A stretch of 64,000 nt of DNA from NCBI GenBank assembly GCA_020891255.1, contig BQFW01000005.1, positions 1,240,001 to 1,304,000 on the forward strand. Reading direction: 5' to 3'. The DNA is from Entomortierella parvispora E1425 (Eukaryota; Fungi; Mortierellomycota). The notes beneath the pieces were generated by a model. That model searched no databases, had not been told where the DNA came from, and saw only the letters and a program-made list of their open reading frames with translations. A program made the translations under genes and the position numbers. This document shows positions 47,302-60,609 of this stretch, one piece after another (the first letter of the stretch is position 1; the number at the start of each line of letters is the position of its first letter).

Positions 47302-49815
47302 TTATGTCTCCTTTTCATAAAATAGCATGTACGCCTCTGCATTCTTGACCAGGTCCCACTCTACAATTTGAACGTCTTCGTCCGAGATACGCCACCACTT
47401 TCCAGAAGTCGATGAAGGTATCCGGCGATAAGTGACAAAGTGGCCAGAGTTGTGGACCCCAAGATGCACAAGCACAGCACAGAGTCGATACCGGATCTGG
47501 GGGCCATCGCCCAGATCATCGTCTCCTGTGTCCGCCTTTCTGTCTGACAGACTTGCCATTGTCGTGGTCACCTTCAGTCCCAAGCCCGCCTGGGAGCCTA
47601 AAGATGATCCTGTCCAAGATTTGGATCCTGACGACAAGAGAGGCCTGCTCATTCCGTTCAATACACTCGCACTTGATCCATTTGCGAGCGATCCTCGTCT
47701 AGACATGGAACTGGTTGGTACAGTCGTCAAATGGCCCGAGGTCGTGAACCTTGTGAAATCCAGCTCAGCGCCAAACTGGACTCTGCATGGATTTTTGCCG
47801 ATCTGGCCCGAGGGTGTAAACATGGATCTGTTCAAATGAAGGCACAGAGCTTGCGGAGGTTTGGCAATCATAGAGTGCTTGGTTGTCTTTTTCGACTTTA
47901 TAGCCTTGAGTTCGATCGGTGACTGGAAAACACCACATGATGGAAATAAGCATGGTTAGACAACTTTCTAGGGTCCCGGCAGGCATACAATGGGAGGCAA
48001 ACTTACCAAATCCATTTCTATATTATTGGCGAGACATTCGTCCACTTTATCCTTGAGGCTCTGCATCTCCTCCAAATTAATAGTTATCCCCTTTGATTTC
48101 GAAGGCTTCTTGTCCATGACACCGCCATCAGCGACTTTTTCCCGTGAATTTTCATTTTCGGGCGATTCGTCCGTAGCCAAAGTCGAGACACTATCCTGAT
48201 CCTGTCGCTTTTCTTTCTGTAATGCTAGTTTCTGTTTTCCCTGTTTGATTTTGAGCTCCAGGTCCTGGCTGGCACTCAGGAGTGTGCACTTTCGACAATT
48301 GAAGTCATTAATCGTATCCAGATGGATAAATGCATCAAGACAGTCCTCCAGCGAGCAGGCGAACTGGAAAAGCAGCGAGTGGGAAACATCAGTTAACTGA
48401 AATCTAACGTGCAGTAGGAATAGACTTGTGTATTCAGAGAGCAACGACATGTACATACCTGCATGGGAACAGTGAGGGATAGGCTGTCAAAGGTCGAGTG
48501 GCGAATTGCAGCCTATCAATAAAGTTTCATTTGCATGTATTAGACAATCATCTTGAAGCCTGACTGTATTGCTCGAAACACAAATAACAAGGATTCCTTA
48601 CAGTGTAGCCACAATCCACGCACGAGACTCGACTGGCCAACAATCCCATGAAGGGACTCTTGGCTCTAGAGTACTTTTCCTGTTCACGTTTATCCAGAAT
48701 GGCACTTTCTCTCATTCCAGCAGACTCCCGATCCGTGTCATCGCTGGCCAACTCACTTTGCATTTCATTTTGCTCCCCTCCCAGTGAGTTGCCAGAGCTA
48801 TGTCTTCTATTGTAGACGGTTGGAGGGAGTAAAAGCTGGGATGTAGAGATGACAGACGACACTGATGAACGGCGCATCCTTGAAAAGGAGTCGGATGATG
48901 GGAGGATAGATGAGGACGACACAGATCCGGTTGGAGAGGTTGGCCTTAAAATCTCACTAACGGCCATCCCATCCAGAAGTGACGGTGCACCAAAGTGATC
49001 CAACTTTTCCCGTTCTTCGGATAGTTGAGTCGACAGAATCTGAAAGAGCTCTTGTGCATCCTGAACAAAAAAGGGGATAGAAATCGATGGGGGGGGGGGG
49101 GTTAATCAAAGGGGCGTTATCTTGGCTCGAGGGATTCCAATATGTGCAATTTCTAAAGTACCTGTTGTTGACTCGTCAACACCTGGGATGCCTTGGCTTT
49201 CAGAGTCTTCAAGATGCGGACCAAACGCTTTGCACTGCGACGTTTCTGAATCATATTCAACACTGTACGACAAAGGAACGACCCTTGTGAGTTCCTATTC
49301 GGGTCAACAGCTTCCACATTCCTGTCGATTGTATTCGCCTTACTTTCTATTGTTTCGCCCAGGGTCAACGTGATCGAATCCTCGTCGTGGCCCAATCCTT
49401 TGCGTGCCTCCAAGTAGTTCCGTAAAGAGGGGAGGGACGCCAAAGCCTGTAATACTGAATTGACGAAACATGTGTTTCCAACGTTGACCAGACCGACGAC
49501 ATATTGTGGGGTTTCTGTGTCCACTGTGAGAAGGGGCAACGAGTAAAAAAAACGACACGAGCAGGCCAAAGTTTGGATGAGTTAGTCGGTATGGCACAAT
49601 GCAAGAATGTCATTCATGCCGTTATGCGCCTCACCTTCATTCTTCTCGGAGCGCTTATGTTTCGTCCGGCCAGAGCCTTTAATCTTGCGTCCATTCGAGT
49701 CCAATCTGGGCGAAATGGTCGAGGAAGAGGAGGGCGATGTCAGGGTGGTGACGACGATGGCGGCAAGAGTGATGGCAGCCAGGGAAGCAGTCAGGGTCCT
49801 TGTTGAGCTGTCCAT
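47302..49815 (-). CDS. Ubiquitin-specific protease (peptidase C19), USP30/Ubp16-like with an N-terminal hydrophobic anchor
   Basis: Multi-exon; Cys box [53 protein letters not shown], His box [32 protein letters not shown]; hydrophobic N-terminal helix. Confidence 0.9.
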
Positions 49816-50192
49816 GGCGGCTAGTTTCCCGAGTCAAGGAAGGGCAGAGCAGGGTCAAGTCGAATTGGGATGAGGTGAAGGGAATAAAGAAACAAAAGAA
49901 ATGCAACCTCATGGAAGCATGCATGCATGCACGTTCGCTCACTGGACAGACTGAGCACGCGCATCGGACGGGACAGGCATGTCACGTACACGACGTAGAA
50001 AATAGCCCGACGTACGTGGAAATCAGAACGCGTCCGTCTGCCGCACCACAAACAAAGAAGAACGCGCATCCACCGCGCAATAAATGAAAATTCAAAGCCA
50101 CAAAACTTTTCATGCTCGACTTGAAGCTCTGCCCTTTCCATCTTTTTTTCACTTTTCTACTCACCTTCACTCCCCCATCATAACAACACACC

Positions 50193-50933
50193 ATGAACAA
50201 TACCTTCCCTCCCACCCCCCGTATTAACTCGGCCATGCTTGGAAACCACATTGGAGGCCACGTCCGTCTCGTTGGCCGTGTCGAATCTGTACGTTTGAAT
50301 CCCGTCCAAGCAATCTCGATTTCCTCAGGGACATGAACATGGTGGCAAAGGATTCGCTTCTGGATTTGGGAGTCTCTGGAAATTCAATGACAAGAAAGAG
50401 ACCTCACCTGAAACGGACACTGCATGCTGCCCCCTCCCATTCTCCAGCATTGCTCCACATGACGTGGAGGCGTAGACATTTGTTCCGCTCTCGGAGGATT
50501 TCGAAAAGCAGAGCTATTTATTGGTGGCAAAAGAAGGCAATTTGGCTGACCTTGTTCTTTTTCCATTGACCTTTTTTTTTGCTTCATGGAATCATTAGCA
50601 AAACTCAAAATTCGCCGTCATTGTTGCCAGTGATAACGGTCAAGTCCATGTTCAAATGGCCGAGGTAAGTCAAACTGCCTCCCCTAGCTTACTTAAAAGG
50701 TGGAATTTCTAAAGGAAAACTCCTGTTTTGAGACTGACGCCCCCTTTTGCTCCCCCCACCGCCTTTGTGAATAGGGTGCACAATACGGCACCCGGTACAT
50801 GGAGATCATTGGAGTTGTCAACCAGGATCTCATGGTCTCAGAACTCACCTCGACCAATTTTGGGGACGATTTCAACCTGGAGATTTACAACGAGCAGATT
50901 ATCAAGGCACAAAAGTTCCCCAATATCTTTTAA
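50193..50933 (+). CDS. RFA3: Replication factor A small subunit (RPA14)
   Basis: Spliced: MNNTFPPTPRINSAMLGNHIGGHVRLVGRVES|QNSKFAVIVASDNGQVHVQMAE|GAQYGTRYMEIIGVVNQDLMVSELTSTNFGDDFNLEIYNEQIIKAQKFPNIF*, the typical RPA3 OB-fold pattern. Confidence 0.85.
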
Positions 50934-51056
50934 GGAGGGGACCATTGTGTTCAAAAAACGATTCTTTTCATGTATTTTATATCTCGACGAGCAAACATCA
51001 TTAAAAAAAAGTCCAACTAACTGGTGCGTCATAAACTGAAAATCAGCAATGATTTA

Positions 51057-53229
51057 TTAATACATGTAATCATCTTCATCATCAGTAGCGGACAGTTCAT
51101 CTATGCAGAAAAGAAAATAGTGGGTTAAGACATGAGGATCGAGTCATTTTAACCTTGGCGAGCAAACAGACAAAAGTGATGGCTTACAGGGCATGTCCTC
51201 ATCACTGAGCTCATCCTCTGGGTAATCGTTCTGGTAGTAATCTTCAGCATTCGAGTCCGAGTCTTCATAGTCATCATCGCTAGAGTCATCCTCGTTCATG
51301 AAGTTGTTTTCGTCGTCACTGAACCACAGGCTACAAAAGAAGGAACAGGTAATCACATTTGTTAACGACTCCATAGTTCTTCCTTACATGGAGCAAATCT
51401 CTCAAGAGCGGTAAGCTTACAGAGATCCAATTGCGCGGTGCTTTGATTCATGGTTGTGATCGGCATGGACATCCCGGTAGTAAATATCATAGACATATTC
51501 ATCATCCGAATCCTCGTCCTCTTCTTCGCCGTTTGTTTTTTTGGGTTTGCCGGACTGTGCCAATAGTGAATTCCTCGCTGACGAGTCCTCTGCATCCTTA
51601 TCAACGCTAATCTTTGGATCTGACGAGTTATCGGAAACTATCAAAAGATAACACAACATTTAGCCAAGGGCCAAAGACAATATTCAGATTCCTCTTGCTG
51701 GTCAGATCAAACAATTCTTACTTGACAGATATTCGCGAACCATGGGCAGGAAATTGCACATGATGTCAGACTCCTCTGCCTCTTTTTCGCTATTATTATA
51801 AAATTTAGCAACATTTTCAGTCAATATTTCGGTCGCCGTCAACTTGTTGTTTTTAGTAAAGTGATGTGGAACTCACATTTGCTTTTTCGATTTTGGTTCG
51901 TCCTCCTTGACAGCGTCGTACATCTTGAACATATCCAGAGCAGCTTCCGCCTCTACTTCCACAGAAGATCTACAGAAGAATAAAGGCCGTTAGTAAACGA
52001 TCAGGCAAGCACCAAACTTCCTCCAGTATGGTGACAACAAGAGGCTGCCATAACATACTTGACTTGAGGTGGGAGCTTCTTTGACGAGTTCAAGCCAGCT
52101 CTGTTTTGGTTAATGACTCTGTAACGTGCAGAGCGAGCCTCCTTTTGCTTGGCATCTGCCAGCTCGCCTCGACGTTCCTGTACACGTTCTCCGAATTCCG
52201 TTGGTGTTCCGTGTCGCTCTCCGATTCGTGATCTGGGGCGGGATGACGACGACGTGGATGACTCTGCCATGTTCGCAATCTTGTTCTACAAGTGTGCTCA
52301 CAGAGCAAGAGTGAGTATGGGATATAGGGGTCCTTTAGTTCACACAAGTCAAGTCACAATATCAACACATACTCGAAGTTGGAGCGACTGTGTAGGATCC
52401 TTGAAACTCTCCTTGTTAACGGTGGTTGCAAGCCTGAACACAGCTGGTGGCTCTAAGTAGCATTGAATGACAATAAATGACAATAGAATGTCAGTCCTCC
52501 ACTTCTGATGCTCTGTCACAGCGGTCGTTTTCAGACAAGGTCCACGTACTTGGCACCGACACCTTTCCAGAGAGTGCATTCTCAATTTCCTGCTGAACCT
52601 CATCCTCGATCCGCTTTTGCTTCTTTCCACTCAACTTGTCCAGTTGTTGTTGCACGACTATTGAAATAAAAACAGAAGAGTTAGAATTGACCTCGTCGCG
52701 GCAGTAGACTTTTTGTCTTTATATTACCAAGGGTATCCAGAGGCTCTTCGTTGCGCCTGCGTTTGATTCTCAGAATAGTCAGACCCTCGTTCGCGCCTGC
52801 TGCTGATCCAGAGCCGGTGATCTTGTTTTTGTCTGTCTCATCTGCGATAGACATGGACCTCTTTGCACCTCGGCCTTTTGACTCCTTTGGCTCTCTCCAG
52901 GTATCCTCCGTATGGTTGTCAAAGGAGAAAGGAGCTTTTGCCGTGGATGAGGTTGTAGACGAAGTTGTTGAAGAGGTGGAGGTGCTTGCTCCAGGAAGAC
53001 TGATAGGAATGCCTGGTGCAAAAGCAGTGAGTCGGTTTGGCTTTGGATCGTGCTTTCCTGGGTTGTTATAGTCGATAGAGTCGTTCTTGAAGGGTTTGAG
53101 AAGGGGGCGTGTCCCGACCGAGGCCGAGGTTGGCTTCTTTGACTTTAGAAAGATAGAAGGCGGCTGTTGTGGTTTGGTGGGATTGGAGGCGCGGTCATTG
53201 CCAGCGGAGGAGGTGTTTGAGTTGTCCAT
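51057..53229 (-). CDS. IWR1: RNA polymerase II nuclear import factor Iwr1/SLC7A6OS-like
   Basis: TILRIKRRRNEEPLDTL near the N-terminus, DEYVYDIYY and EDSDSNAEDYYQNDYPEDE acidic C-terminal motifs; multi-exon. Confidence 0.75.
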
Positions 53230-53683
53230 TTGAATGAGACAGGCAGGTGGGTGCGGTGAGTGGCAATGAAAGAAAGAAAGCGAGAATGGCGAAGACTGGG
53301 CTGTTGCGGCTGTTGCGGTGCAAGGCTATCCCAATACGATTGAGCAACAGGGTCCAACGAGTGAAGGAATTCTTCAGTGACCAGTGAGTGAGTGAGTGAC
53401 GAGGGAATGAAAGTCAATCGAAGAAGGCTGATCAGCACGCAAGGTGAAAAGAAGAAGAAGAAAAAATTATTTTTTTTGCTTCGCACAAAATGAAAAGACA
53501 AAAACGCGGCGCAAAAGCGTCACGGGATTCGCCCGTAGTGAGAACATGGGACCATTTGCATTTATCCCACCGACCTTTCTGTTTGTTCAGAAGGTGCCTG
53601 TCTTCGTGCCTTTTTTTCCCTTCTTTTTTTTTTCTCCATCCCCTGTCCAACCCCTCTCTCCATTCCTCCTTCATTCACCTTAA

Positions 53684-55936
53684 ATGACATCCACCCTTCA
53701 GGACGCGCCTCCACCCATCCCATCGCCTCGCATTCCCCCTGAATGCATCGGTCTGGTCGCGCTTTACCTTTGGGACGATGTCCGCACGCTCCACGCGCTG
53801 CTCTTGTGCAACCGCTCGTTCTTCAGCCTCGCCGCACCTTTGCTCTACAGGAGCCCCTTCCATCTCATCGATGCCCACCTTACCTGGAGCGAGGCCTCCA
53901 AGGCTGAGCGTACCGCGCAGCTGGTTCGTCTGCTCTACCTTTGTACCCTGTCCAAACAGAGCCGGGACCAGGACTCTTCCTGCTCGGGCCAACTGTCAGA
54001 CGTGGCGGCCATCACCGCAGGCTTCAACAAGATGCCCTTCCTTCAAGAAGATCCCGCCCTCGAGGTCCACCCAATCTTTAACAAGATCCCACTGCCGCTC
54101 TCGACCGACTACCTTTTCCATTTCACTCACCAAGGCCAGATCCCAAAAACGTATCGTGCCTTCCAGCTACTGTTCAAATCCTGTGATAAAAAGCAGAGTC
54201 AAGTCGCCCAATTCGCCATCATGGCCGACATCAACCGAAGGCTGAATTTTGCCTTTGTCAGCCATTTCCCGAGTCGGATCCAGGTTCTGTCCGTGACTCC
54301 ATCCCAACTCGGTCAACTGCTCAGACCAGAGAGCGACGGCGACAGCCTAGGACGAGGCATTGTCGACGACCTAAGAATGTTGAGACGACTGGAGCTAGAT
54401 TATGGAGCGAGCAAGAACCCTTCCATGCAAGAACCCAGTTTTCCCTCCTTCCCTAGAGACATGAGATACGGACGGAATAAGAAGCCCGTGTTGGAGGAGG
54501 TCGACATCCCGCTAGAGTTTCTTCGGCAGCATCGGACTCTGTTCGTTTCAGAAGAAGACCCTTCGACCTTGGTTCCAATCACGGTCGAAGATGAACCGCA
54601 GAAGCTAACTGCACGACAGAAGCATGAGCAGCAACGGATCGAACGTGAGGAAGATTCGATTCCACTCAAAGAAATTATGATCCGAGGCTCCCATAGGACA
54701 TGGACCCCGGATCATTTGCTATCGCAGATCCACCCTTTGGAAGTGGTGGATCTTTCTGCCTGGAATTCGGACGTACCTCATTTGGATCAAATCCCCACGC
54801 GTCGGCTACGATCTCTGAGAACCAACCTTCAGCGACGACTGGACTCTGTCAATGTCGAGACCTCGTTCCTCCAAAAGGCCCATCGATTGGAAGAGATCTG
54901 GATGCCTTGTCAGAGACCAGATTCATTAACATGGGCTATTGACCTTGAAAAGTCCATCGGTCCTTTTGCTGGCGAGGCGCGTAAAAGGAGAAGAGGAGCT
55001 GGTCGAGCCGCGATTCCAGTCATGCCTACAGCGAATACGGATATGGTGGCACAGGTTGATGAAGCAAGTGGCGCAACAACATCGTTGAATGAGGTCAATG
55101 AGACTATTTTTGCGCCTGTCATTGTGCCTTCGCTCAAGAAAATCCGACTGTATGGCGTCGGAGAAGATCTAGTCCAGTCTTTGGAAGATGCAGCAGATGC
55201 TTTCAGGGATTCGATCGAAGAATTGACGGGCTTTGAGGATGGATCCGAGTTACGAGATGCCTATATCCGATTGACCATCTCTTGGCTTTGCCCAAGGCTC
55301 ACAATCTTGAATCTCAGAGGTCGCTTTGTTCGCTACATGGATCTTCAGTCTTTAAGACAGTTTCCCGAACTGCGTGTTGTCCGACTGACAATCGAAGGAA
55401 GCAGTCCTAGAAGCGCGACAAGTCGGTATAACACACCTTCTGAAGGTGCAGCTGATGCATCTGATGCCTCCCGTCGCCACCTTCCAACGTCTTCTTCGGC
55501 AACCGCCTCTTCCACCTTGATGGGTGCCGATGAAGAGGAGTCGACTGTTGAGGCTGAGCCTACACCTTTAGAGAATGCAAGAAGACGGTTTTCAATTTTC
55601 ACCAACATGAAGCGACTGGAAGAATTGCATTTGCGAGGTCCGCATTGGAATGTCGACGATAACGTCTTGGAAGTTTTGGCCGAGCCTGTGGTCCCTGCCG
55701 CGGTGGCTCAGGCACAAGATTCGGAGCAGCATGAAGAGGCGACAAGCTATCTGCGAAAGAATCTACGATTATTTTTCATCCCAGAAGAACCTTTGCCCAC
55801 GCGCGTTGGGCTCACTCAGTTCGCCCATCAGATGCAGCGATTGGAGGTGTTGCAGCTGGGCAAGGGCTATGGCTGGATGGCCACACGGCTGCAGAACGAT
55901 GTTGGACCAAGAGTGAAGGTGGACATTAATCTATAG
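53684..55936 (+). CDS. F-box-like / LRR-like protein (different subfamily)
   Basis: 750-aa ORF: IPPECIGLVALYLWDDVRTLHALLLCNRSFFSLAAPLLYRSPF (F-box-like), later LxxLxL repeats. Confidence 0.75.
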   Translation: MTSTLQDAPPPIPSPRIPPECIGLVALYLWDDVRTLHALLLCNRSFFSLAAPLLYRSPFHLIDAHLTWSEASKAERTAQLVRLLYLCTLSKQSRDQDSSCSGQLSDVAAITAGFNKMPFLQEDPALEVHPIFNKIPLPLSTDYLFHFTHQGQIPKTYRAFQLLFKSCDKKQSQVAQFAIMADINRRLNFAFVSHFPSRIQVLSVTPSQLGQLLRPESDGDSLGRGIVDDLRMLRRLELDYGASKNPSMQEPSFPSFPRDMRYGRNKKPVLEEVDIPLEFLRQHRTLFVSEEDPSTLVPITVEDEPQKLTARQKHEQQRIEREEDSIPLKEIMIRGSHRTWTPDHLLSQIHPLEVVDLSAWNSDVPHLDQIPTRRLRSLRTNLQRRLDSVNVETSFLQKAHRLEEIWMPCQRPDSLTWAIDLEKSIGPFAGEARKRRRGAGRAAIPVMPTANTDMVAQVDEASGATTSLNEVNETIFAPVIVPSLKKIRLYGVGEDLVQSLEDAADAFRDSIEELTGFEDGSELRDAYIRLTISWLCPRLTILNLRGRFVRYMDLQSLRQFPELRVVRLTIEGSSPRSATSRYNTPSEGAADASDASRRHLPTSSSATASSTLMGADEEESTVEAEPTPLENARRRFSIFTNMKRLEELHLRGPHWNVDDNVLEVLAEPVVPAAVAQAQDSEQHEEATSYLRKNLRLFFIPEEPLPTRVGLTQFAHQMQRLEVLQLGKGYGWMATRLQNDVGPRVKVDINL

Positions 55937-58738
55937 ATATGATCTGACAGAATACAAACCCAGCTACTTCCAATTCAAGCGTGCTTATTTTCTTTGGCAC
56001 TTTGCCACTTGTGCCATCTCGGTCTGCGCCTTTCTCGCTCGCCCCTGTTGCTTGGTTACCTTTGTTACCTTTGTTACCGCTGTTGCCACCACTCACTCCC
56101 ACACCTCTTCGTCACATCCACATCCCCCACTGCTGGGCCAGCCATGGTGATCCCCTTTTGATCACGCTCTTTTGCATCTCACCGTCTTTGCCTGCCCTCA
56201 ATTGCCTGGACCATGGCGACCGCTGTTCTGCTGCCACAAGATTACACTTTGCGCTCTTACACCCTAATTTTTCGCGAAGTGCATTTCAGGTTACAGAAAA
56301 AAAAAATAATGTCGAAATTGGTAAAACATGCAATCACTAGTGTCGCGCGATTTGAACGTTTTCGTGGAGTCTGATGGAGATGAAAGATCGAGTGAAGCTG
56401 TCATTTAAAGAGTGCCGTCGCAAGGATACTGTTACACTGTAGAACTATTTGGACGAGTATCTCATCTCCAGAACTCCATTTAGTGGGTCTCGTGGGAAAT
56501 GAGGCTTGATTATTTGACAATATCCTCTAGCTTTACAACCGATCATGTATGAGGTAACATGAACCTTTATCGATTCCGTATCTGTAAGCTCGTACGAACA
56601 AAACGTTTCATGGTCCAGCATCTAATGATGATGGAAAAGAAGGAAGTTTCTTAAGTACAATGAGGTTCATTACTAAATATATGTAAAACTCGGAACAACT
56701 CAAACACAATTTTATATACCTCGCGGTCTACAGTCGACAGCTTAATACTGTTGGGCAAAACGTGAATTGCTGATGCGATGCACTGTCGTATCTGTGCGAT
56801 TGGTGTGGAAGAAGAGGGTATGACCAGCGTATAAACTACTCGCGGTTCTTCTTCCAGGTGGAAATTGATCTTCATGAAGTGTAGACAAGAACATGTAACA
56901 AGGCAGACAAAGAGGACTGGAGGAAAAGATTCGTTCAACTTCAATATCGACCAGGGTTTTATTGACATTTTGAGGAGGAAGACGGGCACAATCAACAACA
57001 AACTGCACTGCTCTCACGCTTCCACAGTCCTCGCCGTCTCAAAGGAAAGACCTCGAAACGGGAAAGCATTGGCAGCATCTATTTGTCGTCCGGTCCGACA
57101 GGTCTTACTTGTCGCCCGGTTCTTACGTGCCGTCCGATGTAAGGCAAATGGCAAAACAGAAAGGATGTGTTATCACTCGAGCTGACCAATTGAGATCGAA
57201 ATGATGGCACATCAACCCCATCGTCGCCGTCTCCTACTGCCACTGCGCATGGTTTACCCGACTTGTGTTTATGTACATGTACATGACACGCGCTTTCAAC
57301 ATCGTGATTTATTCCCACCAAGCCTGTGGACCAAACTTTGTCGGAGTTCACGATTCAGCAGCTGCAGGAAAAGGATGCCCAGTCGAAATTGTTCAGAGCG
57401 TTCGACACGAGAACTCGGACAGAAAGACGCTTGCATCGGCGGACAAAATGATGTATCTGATGTTTGTTCACCTACCCTCTCTCTACCTTCTTGCCTGAGC
57501 GAACCTCCGAGTTCTGCCCACCGCTCGCGGTTCTCATATATCAATGGGTTTCGACCGGGTGATCTCATGCAGGGCCTCGGTCCGTAAAGGCGCAAAAAAC
57601 GATCAAGCTCAGGAAGTTCGACATCAGAAATGCAATTGCGTCGGTTGATAAAACGATATTGAAGGGCGTTCCCAGGAGTGGTCTTATGACCAAAGTCAGT
57701 CGATAATCGATCCCTGGTCACACAGATACTTCCCAAATTGAGGCATTTTGCAGTGGATGGTCAGGGTGCGGTGCCTGACCAGGGCGCACGGTGCATCCTC
57801 AGACATTTTCAAATACAGTTCCCCAAACGAGGTATTTTGCGGTGCATGACCAGAGCAAGGTGCTTGACCAGGTCAATGTACAGAAATCCAGATGACAAAT
57901 AAAAGAGCATTGGACGACAAGACAGTTCCAGAGAGCATTGCACTTGAGTTTTCTGCTGAGAGCACTAACAAAACCAAGTACCAGTTGGACGCGGCATGAA
58001 AGCATGCTCCTGTTTGCCCTTATGATCTTGTCTTGTTTATCGCCGACATGGATTAGTTTCGCAATCGACTCTCCAATGCAAAAATGTTTTCATGTATGGC
58101 CTCTCTCTTCATTTCTCGTCAGGTCGCTGAAGCTTCTCCAGCGCACTCAGTGCTCTACACGCAGCGTAGAGTACAGTACAGTAGAACCGGCCCCCAACCA
58201 TCTCAAACACTATTGCTCCAGCTAGGGTACTCTATCGGATAGACTTAAATACCAGAACTTCTCCTAAACACAAAGACAGCTTCTTTCCACCTATTCACCT
58301 ATTGAGTTATTACAGTTTCTTAAGGTTACTCAACACCTTTTCAAAAAAAAAAAAAAAAACTTGCATTTCTAGACCCATCAATATAAAACTGAACCTCACT
58401 TTTTCACCAATGATTTGCGATGTCTAAACAACCATGTCACTGGGCTGAGCTGTGGAATGAATGCTGTGCGACCTTGGTCTCCTTCCACCCCTTACACCAT
58501 CTGCTGTTGGAAACATCCAAACAATGAGGGATTTCTTTTGAGCTCAGGGATCTTAAGATACTGTACCTCTCAGAGTTGGATGCCAAAATGAAGAACACAT
58601 ATCGAAGACCGTTGTTCCGATATACCATGCGAGGATCGTCTATAAAAGGCCGTCGTTCTTATTACTTCTCATCCCATCCTATTTTCGAACATCAAAACCG
58701 ACGACCCATCGAGACTCCTGTACAGGAAAACATATAAA

Positions 58739-58930
58739 ATGGCCCAAGTCACCAATATCAAAACCATCGTCTTCGCCGTCATCGCTATCATGGCTGTGGT
58801 TAGTGTGACCTCTGCCGTTCCTTTAGATATGGGTGGGCTTGATCCTCCTCCAAAAAAAATTTGTCGACGTGTCTCCGCGGATTCTCAAGACAATGGCGCC
58901 AAGATCGACAGGCTATCTCCCTACTGTTAA
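58739..58930 (+). CDS. Small secreted two-cysteine peptide precursor (63 aa)
   Basis: TATAAAA at 58641; hydrophobic signal ending VTSA-VP; KK and RR basic pairs; Cys at residue 42 and at the C-terminus. Confidence 0.6.
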   Translation: MAQVTNIKTIVFAVIAIMAVVSVTSAVPLDMGGLDPPPKKICRRVSADSQDNGAKIDRLSPYC

Positions 58931-59172
58931 CACAACTCCACTGCCCTTCACCAATGATTGAGGGTCATGAAGGAAGTGAGTGCGGGACCGAAGGACCGAG
59001 TGGACAACCAAAGCAGGCTTGCGGGACTACGCAGGGTTATGTGGACTGGCCATAGCCAGGACGCTCCCCGTCTTATATCCGGGACAAATAGGATTATACT
59101 GACAGAGAATAGTATTCCTCAAAAGTAAATAATCTTGGTCATTTCTGCCTAGAGTCACAATATTCTACGATA

Positions 59173-60609
59173 CTATATTTCACGACTAGCCAAGATCTCA
59201 GAAGTGCCTGCTCTTGCGCCACGGTTCTTGTTGTGACAAGTCCAGACGTCTTGCCAGCTTACACCCCTCGAGCTGCAAGTCGGCTTGTCTGTCTTGTTGC
59301 CTCCCCCATCCTTCTGGAGATAAGTCAGCATATATCTCTCATAGCACATGTCCTTTTCGACATTCCAGTGCCGCTGAAGGTGATCTAGCCACATGTCGAG
59401 CAGCGCCATACTCCATGCCGGCATACCGCGATCCATGTAGCAGTCCGGCTGGATTGTCACATCGTGGAGCACTGTAGGCGGGACCGAGTGGTGGTCGTAC
59501 ATGATGTACCGCAGTGTGCCGTCCGCCTGCACGGACCAGCATATGTCATCAGCATGGTCGGATGCAAGCGCGTAAGCTGCACAGGTCGCCATCGGCACGG
59601 GCGACTCGCCATCCGCACTGAGCGCCACCCACATTTCATCCCAGATAGGCCTTACCGCCGCCATCATCCGGGCGGCTCCCCATCCGCTTGCGTGGTCACC
59701 TGGTTGGCCGCCAAGCTGAGTTCCTGCCTGGATCAAAGTTGCCATGACGTATTTTGCCAGCGTATGGCCCGGCAAACCACTTCGATACGCCATGGCGACA
59801 TGGGTACAATAGTCACCGAAGAGACCGTCAGAGAGGGTACCGGTGCGCGCCATGACCGAGACTGCGAACGCGTGTGCGAGACCACAGGGCAGGTCACCAT
59901 TGTATGAGGCCTCGGTCCTCTCGGGCCTCTGCCTGTCATCAGCCCCGCGCTTCAAGCACCAGAGCCACCAAAAGTCGGTTAGGATTCGAGTGCATGGCTT
60001 GCAGGCGCGGTGTCCTCCGAACCCATGCCAGGATCCTAACGTGCATAGCATTGTTAATACCTTGCGTGCTTGGGGATCCTTTCGGACGCTCATGGCCGTG
60101 CTGGTCCTTCTAGGCACTTGTGCAATCGCTTGGATCATTGCCAAGGCGTTGTGTGGGTGCGCCTCCATCACCTGACCCCGCACGCCACTGTCCATCAACA
60201 TGGCCTCCAAGCCGAGGCCAACCGTGTCCTTGGCACCATTGATGGACTGAGCACAAGCGACCATCACGTCAGCGCACGACGTCACATCTGCAAAGGGACA
60301 TCTGGTGCTGGATACCTCCTCGTTCTTCGTCGTTGTCTGGAGCTCCTGCATCACCACTTGATAACGTGCATGGTTATCGGATGCACAGACGCCGCTGTTC
60401 AAGCACGCACAGCTATCGGTCAGCATTTGCAGCCGCTGCTGTACGCTGCACGCACAGTGGTCATCGGGGAGATGCTGATCGACAGCCGGCCACAGGTGAT
60501 CGCTTGGCTCGAACAAGTTGGCTGGTGCATCCGCGTCCTGTTGGTCCATACCTGAGATTGTAGTTGATGTCGTGCCAAAGATAGGGCCGATTGATTTACC
60601 GTGGGACAT
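59173..60609 (-). CDS. Intronless orphan protein (478 aa); tentative divergent terpenoid-synthase-like helical fold
   Basis: Long ATG-initiated ORF that looks more GC-rich than its flanks and is rich in C/M/A/D. Motif-like elements DFWWLW..ADD (224), R314, ADDICWS (354) and ERY (425). The function is inference only. Confidence 0.65.
   Translation of the reverse strand: MSHGKSIGPIFGTTSTTISGMDQQDADAPANLFEPSDHLWPAVDQHLPDDHCACSVQQRLQMLTDSCACLNSGVCASDNHARYQVVMQELQTTTKNEEVSSTRCPFADVTSCADVMVACAQSINGAKDTVGLGLEAMLMDSGVRGQVMEAHPHNALAMIQAIAQVPRRTSTAMSVRKDPQARKVLTMLCTLGSWHGFGGHRACKPCTRILTDFWWLWCLKRGADDRQRPERTEASYNGDLPCGLAHAFAVSVMARTGTLSDGLFGDYCTHVAMAYRSGLPGHTLAKYVMATLIQAGTQLGGQPGDHASGWGAARMMAAVRPIWDEMWVALSADGESPVPMATCAAYALASDHADDICWSVQADGTLRYIMYDHHSVPPTVLHDVTIQPDCYMDRGMPAWSMALLDMWLDHLQRHWNVEKDMCYERYMLTYLQKDGGGNKTDKPTCSSRGVSWQDVWTCHNKNRGARAGTSEILASREI

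Noticed and set aside
56340-57800. Possible degraded transposon or gene
   Set aside because: Stop-riddled frames without a recognisable catalytic motif.
58862-58926. Resemblance of the KIDRL cysteine loop to natriuretic peptides
   Set aside because: Ring size and the other residues do not match; likely coincidence.
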